From the NCBI GenBank assembly GCA_019056785.1, contig DXJV01000085.1:16476-80475 (forward strand): a DNA stretch of 64,000 nucleotides, in the 5' to 3' direction. Positions within the stretch are counted from its first letter, which is position 1. Each line of letters opens with the position of its first letter. Positions 20,253 to 30,499 of the stretch are shown one piece after another. Both the position numbers and the translations under genes were made by a program. The DNA is from Candidatus Heimdallarchaeota archaeon. GTDB lineage: Archaea > Asgardarchaeota > Heimdallarchaeia > JABLTI01. Below the pieces are notes generated by a model. The model ran no database searches, was not told the origin of the DNA, and was given only the letters and a program-made list of their open reading frames with translations.

Positions 20253-22376
20253 TTGATTAGAAAGTTATTGATTAGTTATTGGAGGACAAAACCAATAAAG
20301 AAGCAAATTAAAGAGCACCCCATTCTCCCACCTAAGGAAGGTCGTGTAGTAACATTCACTTTTGATGGAAAAGAGTTACAAGGCATAGAGGGGATGGCGG
20401 TCGCATCAGTTCTATTTATGAATGATATCAAAGTTTTCGGCGAACATTATGTTGATCATTCACCACAAGGTATCTTTTGTGCCAACGGGCAATGCGCGCA
20501 ATGCACCCTTATAATCGATGGGAAGCCATTAAAGTCTTGCATGACGGCCTTAAAAGAGGGGATGCGCATTGAAAGTTTGAAAGGCGTACCAGCACTTCCA
20601 TCAGAGGATGAACCCGTTCCAGTCTCTAACATACAAACAAAAGAAGTGGAAGTGTTGATTATTGGTGGCGGTCCTTCAGGTCTGTCAGCAGCAAAAGTCC
20701 TTGGAGAGAAGAATATCCCTGTGTTGTTAGTTGATGATAAGGATAGACTTGGCGGGAAATTGGTTCTACAAACGCACAAGTTTTTTGGTTCGGCTGAAGA
20801 TGTTTATGCTGGGAGACGGGGAATAGAAATTGCCAAGATTCTTGCAGAGGACTTGCGACAATTGCCCTCTGTTGAAGTTTGGCTTCAGAGCACCGTTGTA
20901 GGTGTTTTTAGTGATAAAATTGTTGGCGTTTTAAGAGAAAATGAGAATTATGTCCTTATTAAACCAAAATATCTCCTCGTCGCCACCGGTGCAAGAGAAA
21001 AAATGCTCACTTTCAAAGGAAATACTCTGCCGGGTGTCTATGGTGCGGGTGCTTTTCAGACATTAGTAAATCGGGATCTTGTCAAAGCAGCTGAAAAGAT
21101 TTTCATTGTCGGTGGTGGTAATGTTGGATTAATTGCCGGCTATCATGCCATACAGGCGGGAATACAAGTTGTCGGTTTAGTCGAAGCGTTACCTCGTTGT
21201 GGCGGTTATAAAGTACATGAGGACAAATTACGACGCTCAGGAGTGCCCATTTTCACCTCTCATACCATCTTATCAGCAAACGGCACAAATAAGGTGGAGT
21301 CAGTGACCATTGCAGCCCTGGATGAAAACTGGCATCCGATAGCTGGAACGGAAAAAACATTCGAATGTGATACAGTGTTAATTGCTGTGGGGTTGGCTTC
21401 TGTAGATGAATTTTACCAAAAAGCAAAGGATTTTGGAATGGAGGTTTGGGTAGCCGGAGATGCCGACGAAATCGCCGAAGCATCAGCAGCGATTTTCACG
21501 GGGAGAATTGCTGGCATTAAAATACTCGAGACAATGGGGATTGATACAGGAGAAAATATTGAACAACTCGAGCAGAAGGCTGAAATTATGAAAAGCCGAC
21601 CCCCGCCACCTAAAACGCCCACGGTTTTTGATCTTGAGGAAGGGGTCTTTCCTGTTTTCCATTGCACCCAAGAAATCCCTTGCGATCCTTGCACGTCTGT
21701 TTGCCCGCGTGACCTAATAAAAATGTCTGGTGATTCCATTCTCTCATTACCATATTTCACTAACGAAGAGCCATGTATTGGCTGTGGAAGATGTGTGGCT
21801 GTTTGTCCTGGTTTAGCCATTACTCTGGCGGACTATCGGAAAGATCCGGACTTTGTTTATGTCACATTACCTTCTGAATTGGGTGAGAAACGCATAAAGA
21901 AAGGTGATATTGTTCATATAATGAGTAATACAACAGAAATTGGTGACTACAAAGTAGAACGAGTGAGAATACTGAAGGAATTCCCGAAGACCGAGCTGGT
22001 AACAGTCAAACTTCCGAAAGAGCAAGCAAAAGAAGCAACAGGAATTTTGGTGCAAAGGGTGGAAAGCTATTCAGAACCAATGGAGATTTATCATAAAGAA
22101 GCTCTGGCAGATGAAGCTATTGTTTGCCGTTGCGAGCGTGTCACCGCAGGGGAAATTCGTAAGTGGATACGGAGAGGGATTGTTGATATGAATGAATTAA
22201 AAGCAATTACTCGTGCGGGGATGGGAGCATGTGGTGGAAAGACTTGTAACCTTCTTATTCAGCGAATCTTTCGTGAAGAAGGCATCAAAGATGTAGTGCC
22301 TGGAACACCTCGACCATTGTTTGTCGAAGTACCGCTGGGTATTTTCGCCGGGACCAAAAAGGAGGAAGAAAAATGA
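20253..22376 (+). CDS. Multidomain FAD/Fe-S oxidoreductase (proline dehydrogenase/sarcosine oxidase alpha-like: 2Fe-2S + pyridine nucleotide-disulfide + 4Fe-4S + BFD-like domains)
   Basis: FCANGQCAQC, IIGGGPSG, ATGARE, CTQEIPCDPC/CIGCGRC, VCRCE, GMGACGGKTC; exact start uncertain. Confidence 0.85.
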   Translation: MIRKLLISYWRTKPIKKQIKEHPILPPKEGRVVTFTFDGKELQGIEGMAVASVLFMNDIKVFGEHYVDHSPQGIFCANGQCAQCTLIIDGKPLKSCMTALKEGMRIESLKGVPALPSEDEPVPVSNIQTKEVEVLIIGGGPSGLSAAKVLGEKNIPVLLVDDKDRLGGKLVLQTHKFFGSAEDVYAGRRGIEIAKILAEDLRQLPSVEVWLQSTVVGVFSDKIVGVLRENENYVLIKPKYLLVATGAREKMLTFKGNTLPGVYGAGAFQTLVNRDLVKAAEKIFIVGGGNVGLIAGYHAIQAGIQVVGLVEALPRCGGYKVHEDKLRRSGVPIFTSHTILSANGTNKVESVTIAALDENWHPIAGTEKTFECDTVLIAVGLASVDEFYQKAKDFGMEVWVAGDADEIAEASAAIFTGRIAGIKILETMGIDTGENIEQLEQKAEIMKSRPPPPKTPTVFDLEEGVFPVFHCTQEIPCDPCTSVCPRDLIKMSGDSILSLPYFTNEEPCIGCGRCVAVCPGLAITLADYRKDPDFVYVTLPSELGEKRIKKGDIVHIMSNTTEIGDYKVERVRILKEFPKTELVTVKLPKEQAKEATGILVQRVESYSEPMEIYHKEALADEAIVCRCERVTAGEIRKWIRRGIVDMNELKAITRAGMGACGGKTCNLLIQRIFREEGIKDVVPGTPRPLFVEVPLGIFAGTKKEEEK

Positions 22377-23539
22377 CGACTTACGATGTGATTGTCATTG
22401 GCGCGGGCAGCGTTGGCGTACCATTAACGAAAATCCTCGCTGAAACAGGCTTAAAGGTTCTATGCATTGACCAACATCCCTCTCCGGGTCAAGGGGATAA
22501 TAAACATGCCATAGGTGGCATCAGGGCTACCCATAGCCAAAAAGGGAAAATCTGGGTTGCTTTACGTTCACTCGAGATCCTACGAACTTGGGAAGAAAAA
22601 TATGGCGAAGACATCGACTGGATAGAAGGTGGCTACCTCTTTGTCGCTTATAGAGAGGAAGAGGAACGGCTACTCAAAGAAACTATCAAGTTTCAAAAAA
22701 AACAAGGACTGAATATCAATTGGATTGATGCCGAAGAGGTAAATGAACTTGTCCCGGGTATAACTTCTGAAGGGTTATTGGGTGGCACATATTCTCCGGA
22801 GGATGGGCATGCAAACTCCTTACTAATTAATCATGCCTTCTATAGTCAAGCATTGATTAATGGCGCGGAATTCAAATTTAAGGAAGCGGTCACAGATATC
22901 ATTGTTACACATGGCGAAGTCCAAAGTGTGAGAACAACAAAGAATAGCTATAACGCCATTTTTGTGATCAATGCTGCAGGAGCACATGCACAATACATCG
23001 CAAATATGGCTGGAATACAAGTGCCAGTAATGAGTGACATGCATGAGGCGGGGATAACAGAACCCGTGAAACGCTTCTTCGATCCATTGGTGGTTGACAT
23101 TAGACCCCAGCAAAATGAATTGTTTGGCAATTCGAAGAATTATTATTTCTACCAAAACAAGCTTGGACAGATTATCTTTTGCATTACACCAGACCCACCA
23201 CAATATGGTTTGAGTACACAAGAAACAAGTCAGTTCCTTCCGCAAGTCTCACAACGACTTGTTAACCTTGTTCCTCGATTAAGAAATATCAAAGTCAGAC
23301 GAACTTGGCGGGGGCGGTATCCAAATACACCTGATGGTATGCCCATTGTTGGCCCTGTAAAAGGAGTAGAAGGCTATATCAATGTCGTTGGCCTTGGTGG
23401 CCAGGGATTAATGCTTGGCCCAGGTCTAAGTGAAGTCGTTGCGAGATTCATCAATGATAAAATGACAGAACGTGACCAATTAATTTTCGAAGAATTCTCC
23501 CTTTACCGGAACTTTAGCAGTCAAGAGTTACTTAAGTGA
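22373..23539 (+). CDS. DAO-family FAD oxidoreductase (proline dehydrogenase/sarcosine oxidase beta-like)
   Basis: VIVIGAGSVG, INAAG, TPDGMPIVG, GQGLMLGP; ATGA overlap with the upstream gene. Confidence 0.88.
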   Translation: MTTYDVIVIGAGSVGVPLTKILAETGLKVLCIDQHPSPGQGDNKHAIGGIRATHSQKGKIWVALRSLEILRTWEEKYGEDIDWIEGGYLFVAYREEEERLLKETIKFQKKQGLNINWIDAEEVNELVPGITSEGLLGGTYSPEDGHANSLLINHAFYSQALINGAEFKFKEAVTDIIVTHGEVQSVRTTKNSYNAIFVINAAGAHAQYIANMAGIQVPVMSDMHEAGITEPVKRFFDPLVVDIRPQQNELFGNSKNYYFYQNKLGQIIFCITPDPPQYGLSTQETSQFLPQVSQRLVNLVPRLRNIKVRRTWRGRYPNTPDGMPIVGPVKGVEGYINVVGLGGQGLMLGPGLSEVVARFINDKMTERDQLIFEEFSLYRNFSSQELLK

Positions 23540-23557
23540 GCCATGAAAGATCGGCAG

Positions 23558-24070
23558 CTAAGCATTACTACTGTTCAAAAATTCATGAACAAACGACCGT
23601 ACTTTCTGGAATTCCACCCAAGAAAGAGGTTGAGAAGTGAAGCGCGCTTTTTCATAGAGAGCAAACATTTTTTTAGCGTTGGGAAGAGAAAGGGAAGGTG
23701 CCCCGGCTAAAAGTCGGAGAAGCTCGTCGGATGGGACAGTTAATGCTTTCGTAATCGAAAGTTCTTCTCTACAAAATAGTTTGAAGGCATAAAAGAGAAC
23801 AATTACAGCTTCAGCATATTTTTCTTCTCGAGCAAATTTTTCAGCTCTGGATAGAACCGTTTCTATTGGCATTTGGTTGTTTAAATTCTCTTCGACTTCT
23901 GCCCGAAGATAACGAAGTTTTTTCTTTCGGAGAGTTTTTACTAACACATATAAAAGGATACTACCACAAGCTACCCCGAAAATGATTCCGAAGATGGTAA
24001 AGAGATCCAATGAAAATTTTCTCCTACTCGAGTTTTTTATAACAGTTAATATTACTTCCAACTCTTGCAA
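23558..24070 (-). CDS. Single-TM membrane protein, DUF4129-like C-terminus
   Basis: TM helix, then YAEAVIVLFY and LYEKARFTSQPLS. Confidence 0.55.
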   Translation of the reverse strand: MQELEVILTVIKNSSRRKFSLDLFTIFGIIFGVACGSILLYVLVKTLRKKKLRYLRAEVEENLNNQMPIETVLSRAEKFAREEKYAEAVIVLFYAFKLFCREELSITKALTVPSDELLRLLAGAPSLSLPNAKKMFALYEKARFTSQPLSWVEFQKVRSFVHEFLNSSNA

Positions 24071-24516
24071 TAACTAACTACTACTACTAGGGTTAGAAAA
24101 AGTCTATTAAAATGTAGTGAAAAATTTCTTCTTTTTAAAATTAATGTTCGATAACCAGTCAAAATTCTCATTTTAGAGCTGGAGTATCTATACTGCAAGT
24201 TCCAAATATCCATCCTTTAATGAACTTCTTTTTCCAGCTGGAATCATAGCGGTGTCATTTGAGTGAGTCCATTGATATGTGTCGACTTTGAAACTATTTC
24301 TTTAAGAATTCATAATAAAAAATAATTTTAATGTAACTTTTTTCTTTATATGCATCCTTATACAAATCGACTAAAAGTATTTATTAATACAATTGACTTA
24401 TTTTGAAAGAGAGCAGTGCTTGCCAGAGTATAAAAGGCAATTATTACTATTCATCAATAAAAATAACTCCTCCAACAAATATCTATGTCAATATAACTAA
24501 AGTGGGTGACCTACCG

Positions 24517-25980
24517 GTGGTAAAGCGAGCAAAAGTTAGGAATAAAAATTTTGCCAAAACAAAAATTGTTTGCACAATTGGCCCCAAGTCGGAAGACGAA
24601 GCAACCATCGAAGAGATGATTATCACCGGTATGGATGTCGCTCGTTTGAATTTTTCTCACGGAACTCATGAATGGCATCGAAAGGTTTTCGAAAGAATTC
24701 GCACATTATCCGACGAAATCGCCATTCTTTTTGACTTGCAAGGACCAAAAATTCGTTTAGGAGAAATTGAAGGACAAATTACCCTCACTCGAGGGCAAGA
24801 CATTATCTTAACCACCGAAGACATTCTCGGAAAAGAGAATCGCTTTAGTGTTTCCTTGAAGACGCTACCCGAAACACTCAAGAAAAATGACCTTATTTAC
24901 ATAAATGATGGCATTATTAGCTTGCGAGTTCTTAAGGTGGAAGAGACAGAAATTTTTTGCCGTGTTCTTTCTTCAGGCATTATCTCGAGTAAAAAAGGAA
25001 TCAATATCCCAAATGTTGAACTAAATGTCCCGTGTTTAACAACCAAAGATAAAAACGACCTTGCTTTCGCTCTTTCTCTCGAGCCTGATTATCTTGCACT
25101 CTCTTTTGTGCGAATCGCTGAAGATGTTAAAGCACTTCGAGCATTGATTAATGAAGAAGGCTTAACTATTCCTATTATCAGTAAGATAGAGCATGCATTT
25201 GCAGTGCGAAATTTTGATGCCATCTTGAAAGAAACAGATGCAATTATGGTTGCTCGCGGGGATCTTGGAATAGAAACGCCGGTGGAAAAATTACCACTCT
25301 TGCAGAAAGAATTGATACGTAAATGCAATTTCGCAGGGAAACCGGTTATTACAGCAACACAAATGCTCGAGTCAATGACAAACAACCCAAGACCAACACG
25401 GGCAGAGGTGAATGATGTAGCTAACGCTATTTTTGATGGCACCGACGCAGTAATGCTTAGTGCAGAAACAGCAATAGGAAAATATCCAATTCATGCTATT
25501 CGCTTAATGAATAAAATTGCATTGAATGTGGAAAAAGAATTGCACTGGAGGGACTATCCAAAACAAAAAATCCCAAAAGAAGAGCTTGTGGCGGAAAATC
25601 TTGCAACAGCTGCCGGCATGCTCGTCGAAAAGATGCCTGTGAAAGGAATCATTGCATTTACAGAAGGAGGTTTTAGTGCGAGACTAATAGCCAAACACCG
25701 GCCAAGTGCCCGAATCTTCGTAGCAACCCCAAGTAAAAAAGTTGTTCGTGAATTAGGGCTTATTTGGGGGTGTTTGCCACTCTTGGTGAAAGAATATCAA
25801 AATATTGACCAAATGGTCGTGGAAACTGTAAACTACGCAAAGAACATCGGCTATTTTAAGGATGATGATATAATTATCATAGTCTCAGGCTCACGCCTAT
25901 CTCCCGGGAAGACGAATTTACTACGAGCATATACTGTTGGTGATATTCCTTCTCCGGAAGAATTTAATGCCATCCTCTAA
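24517..25980 (+). CDS. pyk: Pyruvate kinase
   Basis: KTKIVCTIGP, ARLNFSHG, DLQGPKIR, IMVARGDLG, ATQMLESM, DAVMLSAETA; GTG start at 24517 after a GGTGA Shine-Dalgarno-like site. Confidence 0.95.
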   Translation: MVKRAKVRNKNFAKTKIVCTIGPKSEDEATIEEMIITGMDVARLNFSHGTHEWHRKVFERIRTLSDEIAILFDLQGPKIRLGEIEGQITLTRGQDIILTTEDILGKENRFSVSLKTLPETLKKNDLIYINDGIISLRVLKVEETEIFCRVLSSGIISSKKGINIPNVELNVPCLTTKDKNDLAFALSLEPDYLALSFVRIAEDVKALRALINEEGLTIPIISKIEHAFAVRNFDAILKETDAIMVARGDLGIETPVEKLPLLQKELIRKCNFAGKPVITATQMLESMTNNPRPTRAEVNDVANAIFDGTDAVMLSAETAIGKYPIHAIRLMNKIALNVEKELHWRDYPKQKIPKEELVAENLATAAGMLVEKMPVKGIIAFTEGGFSARLIAKHRPSARIFVATPSKKVVRELGLIWGCLPLLVKEYQNIDQMVVETVNYAKNIGYFKDDDIIIIVSGSRLSPGKTNLLRAYTVGDIPSPEEFNAIL

Positions 25981-25997
25981 AGACAGGGTTGCGTTCC

Positions 25998-27125
25998 TTA
26001 ACTCATTTGTTGTATAAGTGACATTATTCGTTCGATTACTTTTTGATCCCCCAAGATTTGGAAATACTCAATCAAATCTCTGAGAAAGAGTCGAGCTTCC
26101 AGTGTATGTCCTAATTCTGCCATCAGTTGTGCATGGTCAATGAGTTTTAAGCAAAGATTGTACTCATATTTTGATGGGTTGTCTTTTGAAAGATAGCCGT
26201 TTAATTCAAAGCCAAAAAATTTCAAGGGAATCTTCTGAGGAGTAATTAACCGCTTAATTTTCCGGTCATATTTTGCCCGTTGCAATTTAATCATAATATC
26301 TTGTTTCATTGCTGCATTTAGTTCTTTAGAGATTTCAGTGAGAGCTCTGCTCTTCAAGGATTCAGTGACAAGAAAGTTTATGTGCAGATCCAAAGCTAAA
26401 AAGACATTCCCTTCCTTTGTTTTGGAATCCAGTTTTTTAACTTCACAGGGAACTTGAATTTCAATAACTCTATCCAGAATTCTTTTCTCTCGTTCCAGGT
26501 CCGCAAGACGGGAGTGGGCATCTTTATTGAAAGTAATTTCATCCCAATAAAGATCGATGCCATCATACAAAGCTTTTTTCAAACTCTCTTGTGACTCGAG
26601 AACCGAAGCAGCAGTCTCGAATTCTAACGTGTAGATGAATCGCAGCAAGTTACTTGGAGAGAAGGCGCGTGTCTGCGCAGCAATAGTCCGTGGTGTTGTA
26701 GGTGTTATTTGATAATAATTGATAGCAACCAAACCAACAGTTACCAGGAATTGAGCAAACTTAGACTCAGCAATTTGCCGGTTTATTTCTGGAAGAAGAG
26801 TTGGAGATTGTTCTTCAAGTTGATACACAGCAAGACCAACAACCTCGAGGTTAAAAGGGAGCATATATTTGAATGCCTGAATCTCCGAAAGCTCTTCCTT
26901 AGTGGGTATAATGCTTTGTTCTTTTACAGTTGTGCCTTCTGTAGTTCTAAAATGAACAGCAGTAAGAACAGTGACCTCCTTTCTTTCTGGTTCTATCGTT
27001 CCAAGTAGAATTGAGAAGCGCAAATCTTTTGAGTGTTCTAAACAGATTGTTCGCAAATCGTTAAGCAAGGGCTCATTAATAACAAGTGACAAACAACTCA
27101 CCACTAAAGGATAACCATCTGCCAA
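25998..27125 (-). CDS. Hypothetical protein, possibly ODR-4/inactive MPN-like
   Basis: ILLGTIE...VTVLTAVHF...MLPFNLEVVGLAVY N-terminal pattern; AMKQDI...TPQKI...NGYL C-terminal pattern. The gene is likely real; the family call is tentative. Confidence 0.55.
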   Translation of the reverse strand: MADGYPLVVSCLSLVINEPLLNDLRTICLEHSKDLRFSILLGTIEPERKEVTVLTAVHFRTTEGTTVKEQSIIPTKEELSEIQAFKYMLPFNLEVVGLAVYQLEEQSPTLLPEINRQIAESKFAQFLVTVGLVAINYYQITPTTPRTIAAQTRAFSPSNLLRFIYTLEFETAASVLESQESLKKALYDGIDLYWDEITFNKDAHSRLADLEREKRILDRVIEIQVPCEVKKLDSKTKEGNVFLALDLHINFLVTESLKSRALTEISKELNAAMKQDIMIKLQRAKYDRKIKRLITPQKIPLKFFGFELNGYLSKDNPSKYEYNLCLKLIDHAQLMAELGHTLEARLFLRDLIEYFQILGDQKVIERIMSLIQQMS

Positions 27126-27271
27126 TTATTAAAGATGTCTAAAAAATAGGTTAAAAGTTAAACAGAGGACATACTTAGTAAGGCAGCTGTTAAAAGATAA
27201 AAAGGAATAAAAACCTAAACAAAATACTTTTGAATCACGAAAAAATTATCGCGATAAAGCTTTGTGGATTG

Positions 27272-28225
27272 ATGAAAATGAAAAGAGTACTGGTTATTGG
27301 TGCCGGTGGACAAATCGGAAGCGAGCTTGTCCCCTTTCTCAGGAAAAAATATGGGAATGAAAATGTCATCGCAACAGGTAGACGAACCAAGCTACCAGAA
27401 ACGATTACTGAGCATGGCCCTTGGATGTACCTCGATGCCCTAAATCAAGATTCACTGAAAAAAGTGATCTATGAAAAGTCCATTGATATTGTTTATCATA
27501 TGGCTTCCATTCTCTCAGCAACTGGAGAAAAAATGCCGCAGACCGCTTGGGACATTAACATTAATGGTTTGATAAATGTCTTAGAAGTCTCGAGAAGATA
27601 TGATGTCGAACGAGTGATCTGGCCAAGTTCTATCGCTGCTTTTGGGCCAACTACTCCTAGAGAAAACACGCCAAACGAAACCATCTTACAACCAACAACA
27701 ATGTATGGAATCACAAAAGTTGCAGGAGAATTACTGGCAGAATATTACTTCAAAAAGTACGGTTTACTAACATTATCCATGCGTTTACCCGGTATTATCA
27801 GTAGCGAAACTCCTCCCGGAGGAGGGACAACTGATTACGCAGTAGAAATATTTTATGAAGCAATAAAGCATAAAAAATATACTTGCTTCTTACGAGAAGA
27901 CACAATGCTCCCAATGCTGTACCAACCAGATTGCCTTCAATGCCATCTGGATTTTGCTGAAAAAGATCCATCACTATTTAAACGCCATGTTTACAACGTT
28001 ACAGGAATGTCATTTACTGCTGGAGAACTTGTGGCAGAAATAAAGAAACATATTCCGGAACTTAAAGTAGAATACAAACCAGATTTCCGTCAAGAAATAG
28101 CTGATTCTTGGCCAAAATCAATCGATGACTCTCTTGCGCGTAAAGAATGGGGATGGAATCCAAAGTATGACCTCGCCGCAATGACAAAAGACATGATAGA
28201 AAAACTTAGCAAACGGTTGAAGTAA
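27272..28225 (+). CDS. tdh: L-threonine 3-dehydrogenase (SDR/NAD-dependent epimerase family)
   Basis: GAGGQIG, HMASILSATGE, YGITK, PGGGTTDYA, RQEIADSWP; kbl lies nearby. Confidence 0.88.
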   Translation: MKMKRVLVIGAGGQIGSELVPFLRKKYGNENVIATGRRTKLPETITEHGPWMYLDALNQDSLKKVIYEKSIDIVYHMASILSATGEKMPQTAWDININGLINVLEVSRRYDVERVIWPSSIAAFGPTTPRENTPNETILQPTTMYGITKVAGELLAEYYFKKYGLLTLSMRLPGIISSETPPGGGTTDYAVEIFYEAIKHKKYTCFLREDTMLPMLYQPDCLQCHLDFAEKDPSLFKRHVYNVTGMSFTAGELVAEIKKHIPELKVEYKPDFRQEIADSWPKSIDDSLARKEWGWNPKYDLAAMTKDMIEKLSKRLK

Positions 28226-28602
28226 AGAATAACCTATCTTCTTCCTTGAGAGATGTTTTTTCTCTCCCTTTTTTCTCTGCTTCTTAATCTTTTTCTTGAT
28301 ATCAGCTCTCCTTATACTGTCTTTTTCTTCAATTATGTCTATTGTGAAATATTGTGGATTTGTTATTTTTTTAATCCTTTTTAGAAAAAATCTGATAAAA
28401 AGTTAAGGCACCTAATAACTTCCAAATGTTTACAATCGCTTCGATTTAACTTGTGTATTAAGTATTACAAAAAGTTTTTTAATGGATAAAAAAACAAGCC
28501 ACCCCCTTTTCGTCATATTGACGCATCAGTTAATCAGAAAAAAGGAACGGTTTATATTAAAATAGCAAACTATATATTATGTATTAATTTGGGTGAAGCA
28601 AA

Positions 28603-30426
28603 TTGAGTGGGTTTGAAGTATCGTTTTATTTAATAATACTTCTTGTGATAGCTCAATTTGGTGTCTTTGGCTTGTTTGCTTATCTCTACATGAAGAAAAA
28701 ACAGGCCTCCTTTCTTTCAATTATCATCTCAGTAATATTCTTCATTATAAGCAACATTTTGAGCTTATATTTCATTAATCGCCCCCAGGATTGGAAGTTT
28801 GATTTCTTTCAAGGGCTTTTAGCGGCTGCAGGTCTTGCACCGATTGTGGTATTTCTCGAGATTTTCGAGAATGGTTATTCCTTTACACAAAGGAGTTCGC
28901 TATCTATTGTCTTTCTAATTGTAATCGGGGCAATTAATGGTGCAGCAAAGGCTATCTTTCCATTGCGTGTTGGGAAATTCATCAACCTCATAGCGCCAAT
29001 AATGTATATTGCAGTTGGTTCTTTTTACTTGAATACAATTAAAAAAATACGAGAACGAATTCGTTTTGAGAACCAAAAAAAGAAGATACAGGTGATCCGT
29101 CTGGGAATTTATTTGACATTCATTATCCCAAAATTCGTCATAGGAGCAATCTTAGGGTTAACAGTTTTACCCATATTACTTGCCCTGGTGATACCGTCAA
29201 GTACATTTCTACAAAATTATGATGTAAGCTTCCTTGAAACACCTGAAATGAACCATATCATCGAATTTACCTTGAATGTTTTTCAAACAATCGGCTTAGT
29301 GGTGATAAGCTTACCAATTATCTATAGCAAATCAGTATTTTTCATGCAATCACGAAAGGTCTCGAAATTAATTGTGATAAATGCTGATGGAACGCCAATC
29401 TATTCATTTGATTTCGAATCGAAAAAAGGCAATAAAATAAAAGATGAAACATTCCTCTTAGAAGCTTATGCCGCAGTAAGTACTCTGGTACAGCGAGGAG
29501 GAATAACCAAGCAGCGATTAAGATCCATACTTTTCGAAGATCTCGAGATTATGACGGAACTGCGAGAGAATTTTGCGGCATTGCTCGTGTGCGATAAGCC
29601 AACAAAATTCTTGAGTGAAGCTTTGGAAGACTTTGCAGATAACTTTGAAACTATTTACCCAAAAACAACATCGTTAAGTGAAATAAAAATACAGAAAATA
29701 AAATACAACGCTGAAAAAATGGTCCAGAAAAGCTTTGGGTTAGCAACAGAAGAATTCGATCAGATAAAAACAATCATACAAGAAGGGTATGATAAAGTTG
29801 CAAAAGAATACCTCGCATCGCGGTCGGAAAATGACCCGGAAGTTAAGCTCCTGCCGGATTTCATGAAACGATTGCCAGTAGGTGCGCGAGTGCTAGATGC
29901 AGGGTGTGGTGCGGGAGAACCGGTGACAAGAATACTGAGTGAGAAGTTCAAAGTAACAGGTGTAGATATATCGAAAAAACAAATCGAAATTGCGAGAGAG
30001 AATTTGCCATTCTGCGACTTCATCTGGCAGGATATGACCTCACTAACATTCCCAGATGAATACTTTGATGGTATAATCTCTTACTATGCGATACCAAATG
30101 TCCCGCGAGAAGAACACAAAGGCTTACTGGAAAACTTTTACAGGATGCTGAAACCAAATGGCTTGGCACTGTTATCATTCGGAACATCGGATGAACCAGG
30201 AATAGTGGTGGATGATTTCTTCGGAGTAAAAATGTATTGGTCAAGCTTCGACGCCGGAACAAATATCGATATGTTGAAAGAAGTGGGATTCCACGTTGTT
30301 TGGTTAAAATTTATTTTTGATGATATTACTGATGAACAACATATTTTTGTCTTAGCACAAAAACTAGAACCAGATTTTATGAATGAGTTGGAAACCATAG
30401 AACCCAACGTAGCAGAAGAAATGTAA
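28603..30426 (+). CDS. Multi-TM (~7) membrane protein fused to a longin-like domain and a C-terminal class I SAM methyltransferase
   Basis: Hydrophobic helices aa 1-245; LIVINADGTPIYSFDF...LRSILFEDLEIM...LEDFADNFE longin pattern; GYDKVAKEY, VLDAGCGAG, LKPNG. Confidence 0.75.
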   Translation: MSGFEVSFYLIILLVIAQFGVFGLFAYLYMKKKQASFLSIIISVIFFIISNILSLYFINRPQDWKFDFFQGLLAAAGLAPIVVFLEIFENGYSFTQRSSLSIVFLIVIGAINGAAKAIFPLRVGKFINLIAPIMYIAVGSFYLNTIKKIRERIRFENQKKKIQVIRLGIYLTFIIPKFVIGAILGLTVLPILLALVIPSSTFLQNYDVSFLETPEMNHIIEFTLNVFQTIGLVVISLPIIYSKSVFFMQSRKVSKLIVINADGTPIYSFDFESKKGNKIKDETFLLEAYAAVSTLVQRGGITKQRLRSILFEDLEIMTELRENFAALLVCDKPTKFLSEALEDFADNFETIYPKTTSLSEIKIQKIKYNAEKMVQKSFGLATEEFDQIKTIIQEGYDKVAKEYLASRSENDPEVKLLPDFMKRLPVGARVLDAGCGAGEPVTRILSEKFKVTGVDISKKQIEIARENLPFCDFIWQDMTSLTFPDEYFDGIISYYAIPNVPREEHKGLLENFYRMLKPNGLALLSFGTSDEPGIVVDDFFGVKMYWSSFDAGTNIDMLKEVGFHVVWLKFIFDDITDEQHIFVLAQKLEPDFMNELETIEPNVAEEM

Positions 30427-30499
30427 AAAGAGAATCAGCTTGCCAACAATTCAGTGGCATTTTTAAAAGAGAAAAAAAGGGAAAAAAAGACAAAAAGTT

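Noticed and set aside
24100-24500. Possible gene remnant on the minus strand (GGAGGAG + short ORF) and the long N-terminal extension of pyk in the track
   Set aside because: Only short interrupted frames without recognisable motifs; pyk homology starts near 24517.
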